Part shown: in pieces, positions 34,626 through 45,093 of the stretch
Layout: each line of letters starts with the position of its first letter
How positions within the stretch are numbered: position 1 is the stretch's first letter
Source: an uncultured beta proteobacterium
GTDB lineage: Bacteria > Pseudomonadota > Gammaproteobacteria > Burkholderiales > Casimicrobiaceae
Assembly (NCBI GenBank): GCA_963708855.1
Contig: CAVPUM010000003.1
Location: 50,407-114,406, forward strand
Direction: 5' to 3'
DNA: 64,000 nt
Notes under the pieces: model-generated
Databases searched by the model: none
What the model saw: the letters and a program-made list of their open reading frames with translations, nothing else
Told to the model about the DNA's origin: nothing
Translations under genes and position numbers: made by a program

Positions 34626-35873
34626 ATGACAGGCTCCGGATTCGCCGACCGCTTCCTTGCCGAGGACGAGACGCGCGAGATCGTACGCGCGGGCCTCGCG
34701 TCGCTGTCGCTCGCGGGCAAGCGCGTGCTGTTCATCATTCCCGACGGCACGCGCACGATGCCGATGCCGCAGTTCTTCGCGCTGTTCCAGGAAATGCTGG
34801 GCGGCAAGGTCGCGGCGCTCGACTTCCTGGTGGCGCTCGGCACGCACCCGCCGATGGATGACGCAGCGCTCTCGCGGCTGGTCGGCGCAAGCGTCGTCGA
34901 CGGCCGCGCGGGCAACTCGCACATCTTCAACCACGAATGGGCCGATCCGGCGACCTTCGCCACGATCGGTGAGATTCCGTCCGCCGAAATCGCGCAACTG
35001 TCCGGCGGACGGCTGGAGCAGCCGGTCACCGTGTCGCTGAACCGGCGCATCTTCGACTACGACCAGATCGTCATCTGTGGCCCGGTGTTCCCGCACGAGG
35101 TCGTCGGCTTCTCGGGAGGCAACAAGTACTTCTTCCCCGGCATCGCCGGCGCCGACGTGATCAATTTCACGCACTGGCTCGGTGCCCTCATCACCAACTT
35201 CGAGATCATCGGTGCCGGCTACACGCCGGTGCGCGCCGTCATCGACCGCGCGGCGTCGATGGTGACGGTGCCCACCGCGTGCTTCGCGCTCGTCGTCACG
35301 CCCGCGGGCCTGGCCGGCCTCTACTTCGGCTCGGCGCGCGAGGCCTGGGAGAAGGCGTCCGCGCTGTCGGCAAAGCGGCACATCGTCTGGCTCGATGCGC
35401 CCGTGCGCCAGGTGCTGTCGGTGATGCCGCCGATGTATGCCGACATCTGGACCGCGGGCAAGGGCATGTACAAGATCGAGCCCGTCGTCGCCGACGGCGG
35501 CGAGGTGATCATCTATGCACCGCACATCAACGAGGTGAGCTTCACGCACGGGCACCTGATCGAGGAAGTCGGCTACCACTGCCGCGACTATTTTCTCGCC
35601 CAGCCCGAGCGCTTCGCCGGTTACCCCGGCGGCGTGCTGGCGCACTCGACGCACGTGAAGGGCCAGGGTCGCTACGACGCGGCGACCGGCATCGAGACGC
35701 CGCGCGTGACGGTGACGCTCGCCACCGGAATCCCGCCCGAGCGCTGCCGGCGGATCAACCTCGGCTACCGCGACCCGGCGTCGATCGATGTCGCGGCCTT
35801 CGGCGGACGCGAGCGCGAGGGCATTCTGCTCGTGCCGCGCGCAGGTGAAATGCTCTATCGGCTCAAGCGCTGA
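34626..35873 (+). CDS. second, divergent LarA homologue (DUF2088 family), substrate unknown
   Basis: Intact 416 aa. LarA-type positions are retained (IIPDGTRTMP, VALGTHPP, FPHEVVGFSGGNKYF, INFTHW) but overall it is very different from the 33255-34557 product. Confidence 0.8.
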   Translation: MTGSGFADRFLAEDETREIVRAGLASLSLAGKRVLFIIPDGTRTMPMPQFFALFQEMLGGKVAALDFLVALGTHPPMDDAALSRLVGASVVDGRAGNSHIFNHEWADPATFATIGEIPSAEIAQLSGGRLEQPVTVSLNRRIFDYDQIVICGPVFPHEVVGFSGGNKYFFPGIAGADVINFTHWLGALITNFEIIGAGYTPVRAVIDRAASMVTVPTACFALVVTPAGLAGLYFGSAREAWEKASALSAKRHIVWLDAPVRQVLSVMPPMYADIWTAGKGMYKIEPVVADGGEVIIYAPHINEVSFTHGHLIEEVGYHCRDYFLAQPERFAGYPGGVLAHSTHVKGQGRYDAATGIETPRVTVTLATGIPPERCRRINLGYRDPASIDVAAFGGREREGILLVPRAGEMLYRLKR

Positions 35874-35963
35874 CCGGGACTCGGCCGTTCGGTTCGGCGG
35901 GCAACCATCGGGGTTTTCCTTTGTGTTCGCATTTGCGCGTTTTCGATCGATTGACAACCGATT

Positions 35964-35997
35964 GTTTGCGGTTCAAAGTCGTTTGCGGTTCAAAGTC
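35964..35997 (+). repeat. perfect 17-bp tandem direct repeat in the promoter region of the ABC operon
   Basis: GTTTGCGGTTCAAAGTC x2 (35964-35980, 35981-35997), directly after a TTGACA at 35951-35956 in a locally AT-richer tract. Confidence 0.85.
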
Positions 35998-36050
35998 GCA
36001 CCCCGCTGCCTTCCCCGGCCGCCGAAGACCACCCAAGAGGAGACGCTACG

Positions 36051-37796
36051 ATGACGACGAGGCTGATGCTGACCGCCCTTGCCAGCGCAACGCTGGCAGT
36101 CTTTGCCCAAGGCGCGCAGGCGGACGCCGCTGCCGCCAAACGCTGGATCGACCAGGAATTCCAGCCTTCGGTGCTGAGCAAGGACGCTCAGATGAAGGAG
36201 ATGGAGTGGTTCATCAAAGCCGCTGCGCCTTTCAAGGGACTCGAGGTCAACGTGCTTTCGGAGACGATCCCGACCCACGAATACGAGGCCAAGACGCTGG
36301 CCAAGGCGTTCGAGGAGATCACCGGCATCAAGGTCAACCACCAGCTGCTCGGCGAGGGTGAGGTCGTGCAGGCGGTGCAGACGCAGATGCAGACCAACCG
36401 CAACCTGTACGACGCCTACATCAACGACAGCGACCTGATCGGCACCCACTCGCGGCTGCAGTCGGCGGTCAACCTGACCGACTGGATGGCCGGCGAGGGC
36501 AAGGACGTGACGAACCCGATCCTCGACGTCAAGGACTTCATCGGCATCTCGTTCACCACCGGCCCGGACGGCAAGGTCTGGCAGCTGCCCGACCAGCAGT
36601 TCGCCAACCTCTACTGGTTCCGCAAGGACTGGTTCGACCGCGCCGACCTGAAGGCCAAGTTCAAGGAAAAGTACGGCTACGACCTCGCCGTGCCGGTGAA
36701 CTGGAGCGCCTACGAGGACATCGCCGAGTTCTTCAGCGTGCAGGTCAAGGAGATCGACGGCAAGCGGATCTACGGCCACATGGACTACGGCAAGCGCGCC
36801 CCCGACCTCGGCTGGCGGATGACCGACGCCTGGCTGTCGATGGCCGGCGCCAGCAGCAAGGGCCTGCCGAACGGCCGGCCGATCGACGAGTGGGGCATCC
36901 GCATGCCGGCGGGCTCGTGCAACCCGCAGGGCGCCTCGGTGACGCGCGGCGGCGAGACCAACGGCCCGGCTTCGGTCTACGCGATCGCCAAGTGGGACGA
37001 ATGGCTGCGCAAGTACGCGCCGCCCGGTGCTGCCGACTACGACTTCTACCAGTCGCTGCCGGCGCTGGCGCAAGGCAACGTCGCGCAGCAGGTGTTCTGG
37101 TACACCGCGTTCACCGCGTCGATGGTCGCGCCCAAGAAGGACGGCAACAACACGGTCGACGACAAGGGCATGCCGCTGTGGCGGATGGCGCCGAGCCCGA
37201 AAGGCTCGTACTGGCAGGACGGCATGAAGCTCGGCTACCAGGACGCCGGTTCATGGACGCTGTTCAAGAGCACGCCGGTCAATCGCCGCAAGGCGGCCTG
37301 GCTGTACGCGCAGTTCGTCGTCAGCAAGACGGTCGACACGAAGAAGAGCCACGTCGGGCTGACCTTCATCCGCGACAGCACGGTGCGCCACGCCTCGTTC
37401 ACCGAGCGCGCGCCCAAGCTCGGCGGCCTGGTCGAGTTCTACCGTTCGCCCGACCGGGTGATGTGGACGCCCACCGGGGTCAACGTGCCCGACTATCCCA
37501 AGCTCGCGCAGCTGTGGTGGCAGCAGATCGGCGACGTCAACTCCGGCGCTTTCACGCCGCAGCAGGCGATGGACCGCCTGGCCGGCGAGATGGACCAGGT
37601 GATGGCGCGCATGCAGGAGGCCGACGAGAAGGCCAAGGTCTACGGCGGCTGCGGCCCGCGGCTGAACAAGCCGGTCGACGCGAAGGAGTGGCTCGGCAAG
37701 CCCGACGGCCCGAAGGCCAAGCTCGCCAACGAAAAGCCCAAGGGCGTGACGATGCCCTACGAGGAGATCGTCAAGCGCTGGGCCGCCACGAAGTAG
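36051..37796 (+). CDS. large family-1 ABC substrate-binding protein (GlpV-like size class)
   Basis: GAGGAG RBS. Signal peptide MTTRLMLTALASATLAVFAQGAQA. Intact 581 aa. Followed by two ATPases, two permeases and a DUF2160 gene. Confidence 0.8.
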   Translation: MTTRLMLTALASATLAVFAQGAQADAAAAKRWIDQEFQPSVLSKDAQMKEMEWFIKAAAPFKGLEVNVLSETIPTHEYEAKTLAKAFEEITGIKVNHQLLGEGEVVQAVQTQMQTNRNLYDAYINDSDLIGTHSRLQSAVNLTDWMAGEGKDVTNPILDVKDFIGISFTTGPDGKVWQLPDQQFANLYWFRKDWFDRADLKAKFKEKYGYDLAVPVNWSAYEDIAEFFSVQVKEIDGKRIYGHMDYGKRAPDLGWRMTDAWLSMAGASSKGLPNGRPIDEWGIRMPAGSCNPQGASVTRGGETNGPASVYAIAKWDEWLRKYAPPGAADYDFYQSLPALAQGNVAQQVFWYTAFTASMVAPKKDGNNTVDDKGMPLWRMAPSPKGSYWQDGMKLGYQDAGSWTLFKSTPVNRRKAAWLYAQFVVSKTVDTKKSHVGLTFIRDSTVRHASFTERAPKLGGLVEFYRSPDRVMWTPTGVNVPDYPKLAQLWWQQIGDVNSGAFTPQQAMDRLAGEMDQVMARMQEADEKAKVYGGCGPRLNKPVDAKEWLGKPDGPKAKLANEKPKGVTMPYEEIVKRWAATK

Positions 37797-37908
37797 CCCG
37801 CCTCGGCCCGAGGCACGGCCGCGGATTCGGGCGGGGGCGCGCGCCGCGCCCCTGCCCGGCAGTGGCCCGTGGCCGTCGCCGATCGCTCCAGAGCCTGCGC
37901 CCACGGAC

Positions 37909-38973
37909 GTGACCCTCGAACTCCGCCAGGTCGGCCTGCAGGTCGGCGCCGATGTCCACATCCATCCGACCACGCTGGCGCTGGAGCCGGGCCGTTTCAA
38001 CACGTTGCTCGGCGAGACGCTCGCCGGCAAGACCACGCTGCTGCGGCTGATGGCCGGTCTGGTGAGGCCGACCACCGGCGAGCTCTGGTTCGGCGGTCGC
38101 GACGTCACCGGCGTGCCGGTGCAGCGGCGCCACGTCTCGATGGTCTACCAGCAGTTCATCAACTATCCGAACCTGTCGGTGTTCGAGAACATCGCGTCGC
38201 CGCTGAAGGTGACCCGCGCGCCGGCCGGCGAGGTCCGCGAGCGCGTGGGACGCATCGCCGAACTGCTGCGCCTGACGCCGCTGCTCGACCGCCGGCCGAG
38301 CGAGCTCTCCGGCGGCCAGCAGCAGCGCACCGCACTCGCCCGCGCACTGGTCAAGGATGCCGAGCTGGTGCTGCTCGACGAGCCGCTGGCCAACCTCGAC
38401 TACAAGCTGCGCGAGGCGCTGCGCGACGAGTTGCCGCGCCTGTTCGCCGACCGCGGCTGCACCGTCGTCTACGCGACCACCGAGCCGGCCGAGGCGCTGC
38501 TGCTCGGCGGCCACGTCGCGACGCTGCACCAGGGCCGGGTGACGCAGTACGGCCCGGGCGCCGAGGTCTACCGCGATGCCGGCCGACCTGATCACCGCGC
38601 GGGTGTTCTCCGACCCGCCGATCAACGTCGCCGCGGCCCGCAAGGAGGGCGGCGAGGTCGTGCTCGTCGACGGCGTGCGCTGGCCGGCGCCGCCGGCGCT
38701 GCGCGCACTGCCCGACGGCGAGATCACCGTCGCGTTGCGCCCGCACCATGTGCGCCCGGCCGGGCATGCCGGCGTTGCCGGTGTCCGGGCGCGTGCTGAT
38801 CTGCGAGATCAGCGGGTCCGAGAGCGTCGTGCACTTCACGCTCGCCGGCACCACCTGGGTCTCGCAGGCGCACGGCGTGCGGAACCATCGCGATCGGCGA
38901 GCAGGCGCACTTCGCGCTCGACGTCGAACGCTGCCTGTACTTCGACGCCGCCGGCGCTCGCCTGGCGGCCTGA
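37909..38973 (+). pseudogene. ABC transporter ATP-binding protein 1 (GlpS-like, degenerate Walker A), frame-disrupted (about 3 breaks)
   Basis: LLGETLAGKTTLL, LSGGQQQRTALARAL, LLDEPLANLD. The C-terminal regulatory domain is spread over other frames. GTG 37909, TGA 38971-38973. Confidence 0.75.
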
Positions 38974-38985
38974 GGAGCGAGGGCG

Positions 38986-40067
38986 ATGGCGCGCATCCGC
39001 CTCGAACAGCTGCGCCACAGCTACCGGCCGCAGCCGCGCGCCGAGGTCGACGCCGACTGGGCCCTGCGCGACCTCGACCTCGAGTGGGCCGACGGCGGCG
39101 CGTACGCGCTGCTCGGCCCCTCGGGCTGCGGCAAGACCACGCTGCTGAACCTGATCTCGGGGCTGCTGACAGCCCACGCAGGGTCGCGTGCACTTCGACG
39201 ACCGCGACGTCACTGCGCTCGAGCCCGGCCAGCGCAACATCGCGCAGGTGTTCCAGTTCCCGGTGGTCTACGACACGATGACCGTGTTCGACAACCTCGC
39301 GTTCCCGCTGCGCAACCGCGGGCTGGGCGAGCCCGAGGTCCAGCGCGCGCGTGAACGAGATCGCCGAGATGCTCGACCTGGGCGCCGCGCTGGGCCAGCG
39401 CGCCAGCGGCCTGACGGCCGACGGCAAGCAGAAGATCTCGCTCGGCCGCGGCCTGGTGCGCAGCGACGTCGCGGCGATCCTGTTCGACGAGCCGCTGACG
39501 GTGATCGACCCGCACCTGAAGTGGCGGCTGCGCAGCAAGCTCAAGGAGCTGCACCAGCGCGTGCGTCGCACGATGATCTACGTGACGCACGACCAGACCG
39601 AGGCGCTGACCTTCGCCGACCAGGTGGTGGTGATGCTCGACGGCCAGGTCGTGCAGTCGGGCACGCCGGTCGAGCTGTTCGAGCGGCCGGCGCACACCTT
39701 CGTCGGCCACTTCATCGGCTCGCCGGGCATGAACCTGCTGCCCTGCGAGATCGACGCCGCCGGCGTGCCGCGCTTCGCCGGCCACGCGGTGGCCACTGCT
39801 TCGTGGCGATCTCGCCGGCGCGCGCGGCAAGCGGACCGAGATCGGCGTGCGGCCGGAGTTCGTGCGCTTCGCCGGCGACGGCATCCCGGTGCAGATCGAG
39901 CGCGCCAGCCGACAGTCGGGCGCTTCCACATCGTCGATGCGCGCCACGGCGAGCACCTGATCAAGCTGCTCGTCGCCGAGGGCCAGCCCGTGCCCGAAGG
40001 CCAGGGGCACCTCGCCTTCGACGCTCAACGCACCCGCGTCTACGCCGACGGCTGGGCAGTGGCCTGA
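38986..40067 (+). pseudogene. ABC transporter ATP-binding protein 2 (UgpC/MalK-like), frame-disrupted (>=4 breaks)
   Basis: [67 protein letters not shown]. Segments lie in three frames. Confidence 0.75.
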
Positions 40068-40073
40068 TCGACC

Positions 40074-40938
<865 letters not shown>

Positions 40939-40941
40939 ACG

Positions 40942-41743
<802 letters not shown>

Positions 41744-41759
41744 CCGGGGAGGGCGCGCG

Positions 41760-42061
41760 ATGCAACCGATCGTCGAAGCGGGTCTCGGCTGGATGGCCTG
41801 GACCTGGCAGACCGCGCTGTTCTTCGGCGTGATCGCGCTGCTGCTGGTCGCTGATGGGCGTGCTGGGAGTGGCGGTCGCCCGGCGGCGGGCCGCGCCGCG
41901 GCATCCTCGGGCTGGTCACGACGCGCGGCGACCGCCTCTTCATCTCGCTGCTCGCGGCCGGCTACATCCACCTGCTGTGGCTGGCCTTCTTCGGCGCGCC
42001 GCTGTGGGGCGCGAGCGCGCTCGCTCTCGTGGTCGCCGCGCTGGTCTTCCGCCGCGTCTGA
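41760..42061 (+). pseudogene. DUF2160-type small integral membrane protein, frame-disrupted
   Basis: MQPIVEAGLGWMAWTWQTALFFGVIALLLV, then (other frame) GILGLVTTRGDRLFISLLAAGYIHLLWLAFFGAPLWGA. The span length is not a multiple of 3. Confidence 0.6.
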
Positions 42062-42103
42062 CTCGCCCACCTCGATGAGCCAACGGCACCACCCCGCATC
42101 GCG

Positions 42104-42171
42104 CCCGCCCGCGGCCACCCTGGCGGCGGCACCCGCGCGGAAGTGCCGCGACTAGGAGGCAGAGTCGCACG
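42104..42171 (+). repeat. 68-bp GC-rich repeat, copy A
   Basis: CCCGCCCGCGGCCACCCTGGCGGCGGCACCCGCGCGGAAGTGCCGCGACTAGGAGGCAGAGTCGCACG. 61/68 identical to copy B, same orientation. Contains a GCGGCAC...GTGCCGC hairpin and AGGAGG. Confidence 0.85.
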
Positions 42172-42349
42172 AAGTGGCGGCAAAGCCATTCGAAGGCCAT
42201 CCGCATTTGCACATCCCGCAGTCCTCCATTGAAGTCATGGAGATTCATCCGTTGTCCGGGATGTAAAGCCACCGGTCGGGGCGGCTGCCTCAGGCAGGCT
42301 CGCCCCCTGCGGCAAACCGACAAGTGCGCCGGGATAGAGCCCATCGAGC

Positions 42350-42972
42350 AGCCCCGCGCAAGGTTCGCCACTGTTTCCCGCAACCGGGCTTCGATGACGC
42401 CGCTCTCGCAGTGCGTTGTTCGCAGCGCCCAGATCGCCGCCAGCGGTTCCTGTTGCGCGGCAACCGCGTTTGATGCGCAGTCGCGCCAAAACAGCGGATA
42501 TTCGCTTTCCTGCCATTCACCGCGACCGCGGCCGTAGTGTGCCACCGCCAAGTAGCGAACGAGCGCTGATACAACGAGCCGATCGAGGAAGGCGTTGTCC
42601 CAGCGCACGATGGCTTCGGTCGTACCGCGCGTCTGCCTGGTCGCGCACATTGAAGACAGCTTTCTGCGTCAGCCAGAACGGACGGTCGCGAAAGCGATCC
42701 CAGACTTGCGACAGGAACCAGCCGACGGGATTACCCTGCTGCCGCAGCCGCCGCACGAGGCGCACACTGTCGCCGAAGCCGGGAGTGTCCCAGAGGACCA
42801 AGGTATCGCCGTCCTTCGTTGCGAGCAGCGTATAGGAGGCGGCCTCGCTCGTGACGTGCGGGGCATCGCGGACTTCGCCGACATCGCGCGACAGCAAAGT
42901 CCGCGCGAGAGTGGTCTTGCCCGCATTGGTGTGCGAGATCAGCGATAGCGCGATCGACGTGCGATCGGTCAC
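42350..42972 (-). pseudogene. GTPase/DUF3482 family gene remnant with large internal deletion (3' limit approximate)
   Basis: N-terminal GTPase (SLISHTNAGKTTLARTL, LWDTPGFGD) runs ~110 aa. It then joins directly to a C-terminal-like segment (FLDRLVVSALVRYLAVAHYGRGRGEW) in another frame. Typical family members are ~450 aa. Confidence 0.5.
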
Positions 42973-43875
42973 GAGCGAGCCGGCGCCGCGGGTTCGATGG
43001 TGCCCTGCGCCGCGAGCGCGGCGTCAATGGCCGACTCCGCCAACGCAAGATCCGGCGCCGTGAGATCCACGAAGATCGGAGCGGCGCGCTGCGCGGCCAG
43101 CAACTCACTCCAGATTCCGCGGCGTTGCGCAAGGCGCCGGTCGTCGCGCGGCCAGCGCGCGCGAAACGCGGACTCGTCGATCAGGATGAGCAGTGATTGC
43201 GCGGGACCGACTTCCTTCGCCACTCGGACGAAAGCGCCGTGCGCGGCGGGCTCCGGCGTCGCGCTGAGATTGAACAGGACTATGACAGGACTCTGACGAT
43301 CGTTCGGTGCACGCTTGGCAAGCGTGTCCTCGTCGCCGTAGGCCACCGGCGATTCCATCATCAGCGCAGCGCTGCCGCCGAAGGCCCGGGCGACGATCGT
43401 TTCCAGTCCGGCGAGCGCAGCCGGTGGTACGGCATAGCTGTACGGAATGACGCGTACTCGTACCGGGCCGCCGCGGAAACCGCGCAGTAGCCGCTGGTAG
43501 TACGCCTCGCCAAGCGGAATTGCAACGCGCGTTGCACGATGCCGTTCGATGATGCCCGTCACGAGGCCCAGCACAAGACGCGGGATAACCACGATCGCAA
43601 CGACGCTCGCGGCGAGCAGGTGCAGCCACGGCGCGGCGTTCTCGCTTCCGGGAGCGCGGATCGCTTCCAGCTGCGCCACGCCCGGCATCGCAACGCCACT
43701 AAGTACCGACCCCGGTTCGAGCAGCAGGGCCAGCAGCCGGTGAACGCTGGTCGCGTCCAGAAACGTGCTTGCCCACGTCGCGCGGTACTCGAAGGCCAGC
43801 CCTCGGACATACAACCCCGCCCGCCTTGACGAGCAAGCAAACAGCGAGGACCAGCAAACTTCCGAGATTGCGCAT
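42969..43875 (-). pseudogene. DUF2868-like membrane protein, short and with one frame break near 43815
   Basis: ATG 43875 (MRNLGSLLVLAVCLLVKAG), then AGLYVRGLAFEYRATWASTFLD...VAIVVIPRLVLGLV...IPYSYAVP in another frame. Stop overlaps the GTPase start (GTGA). Confidence 0.5.
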
Positions 43876-44062
43876 GGTGGTTTTTCCGCGGTTGACGAAG
43901 CTTGTAACGAGGCGCCGGCCCGACGCGGCCTCGGGTGCCCGAGGCGGGCTCCGCTGATGCGATGCGCCGGCAGCAACCGGATTCGGCCGGTAGTTGTCGT
44001 CCCCCAATTCCTTGCCACGTCGAAAAGCATAGCAGGGACGACACCGCCCACACCCGCCCGCG

Positions 44063-44130
44063 GCCACCCTGGGGTCGGCACCCGCGCGGAAGTGCCACGA
44101 CAAGGAGGCAGCGTAGCCCGTTGCCGCCGA
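44063..44130 (+). repeat. 68-bp GC-rich repeat, copy B
   Basis: CCCGCCCGCGGCCACCCTGGGGTCGGCACCCGCGCGGAAGTGCCACGACAAGGAGGCAGCGTAGCCCG. Direct repeat of copy A, 1.96 kb away. Confidence 0.85.
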
Positions 44131-44223
44131 AACTCGACGCTTGAACCCAACCACCGAACTCACCACCAACCCCACCACTGGTTGAAACATCGATCGTTCC
44201 GAAGCTTTGATCGGTGAGTGCAT

Positions 44224-44271
44224 AATTGTCCATGACAATTGGTTGACATGTCCCGGAAAAGCCGTTAATAT
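44224..44271 (+). promoter_or_regulatory. near-consensus sigma70 promoter preceded by a perfect palindrome
   Basis: AATTGTC-CAT-GACAATT (44224-44240), TTGACA (44243-44248), 17-nt spacer, TAATAT (44266-44271), in an AT-rich tract about 80 nt upstream of the gpx start. Confidence 0.6.
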
Positions 44272-44348
44272 TCGATCTGACAGCTTTTTTGTCCAGGACA
44301 ACATCTCTGTCATCCCGGCCCGCAAACGACGATCGACGAAAGCCCGCC

Positions 44349-45092
44349 ATGTCAATGCTCCGCCCCTACCGGATCCCCCGTGCCGCGGCGTTCGCCGCGG
44401 CGCTGCTCGCCACGCCGGCACTCGCCACGCCCCGGCTCGATCATCTGATCGAAGTGCACCGCACCGAGGCGGCCACCACGACGTACGGCTTGCTCCGGGC
44501 ACGTCCGGCGCCCGGAGTCGACGTGCCGGCGGCGTCGGCAGGAACACCGTCGTTCGTGCAGGTCGCGATGGCGCTCGGCACGCCTGAGTCCTGCCCGACG
44601 CTCCTGCGCCACTCGTTCACTCCGGTCCAGGGCGGCGCGCCGCAGTCGCTCTGCCAGCACCAAGGCAAGGTGGTGCTCGTGGTCAACACCGCAAGCAAGT
44701 GCGGCTACACGTACCAGTACGAGGGTCTTGAGGCACTGTACCGCAAGTACAGGGACCGCGGGCTCGTCGTGCTGGGGTTCCCGTCCGACGAATTCGGCGA
44801 TCAGGAGCCCGGCTCGAACAAGGAGATCGCCGAGTTCTGCCGCACCGTCTACGGCGTGCAGTTCCCGATGTTCGAGAAGGCGAGCGTGACGCGCATCGAC
44901 GCGAACCCGCTGTACGCCGAGCTCGCGGCGAAGACCGGCCAGAGGCCGCGCTGGAATTTCCACAAGTACCTGATCGACCGCTCCGGCACGCGAGTGGCGA
45001 GCTTCGGCAGCAACGTCGAGCCCGGCGGCCACGAGTTCGTGACGCAGATCGAGCGGCTGCTCGCCGAAAAGCCGCCCGCGAACAGGACCTGA
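44349..45092 (+). CDS. glutathione peroxidase family protein with signal peptide/N-terminal extension
   Basis: VVNTASKCGYT (Cys, not Sec), LGFPSDEFGDQEPG, WNFHKYLI. ATG 44349 gives the leader MSMLRPYRIPRAAAFAAALLATPALA. Confidence 0.85.
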   Translation: MSMLRPYRIPRAAAFAAALLATPALATPRLDHLIEVHRTEAATTTYGLLRARPAPGVDVPAASAGTPSFVQVAMALGTPESCPTLLRHSFTPVQGGAPQSLCQHQGKVVLVVNTASKCGYTYQYEGLEALYRKYRDRGLVVLGFPSDEFGDQEPGSNKEIAEFCRTVYGVQFPMFEKASVTRIDANPLYAELAAKTGQRPRWNFHKYLIDRSGTRVASFGSNVEPGGHEFVTQIERLLAEKPPANRT

Positions 45093-45093
45093 C

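Noticed and set aside
42104-42171. The 68-bp repeat as a known riboswitch or leader (it contains AGGAGG)
   Set aside because: No start codon sits at a sensible distance after the AGGAGG in either copy. The motif does not match any riboswitch core I know (guanidine, ZTP, PreQ1, c-di-GMP, fluoride, Mn, glycine). It is kept only as an unexplained repeat.
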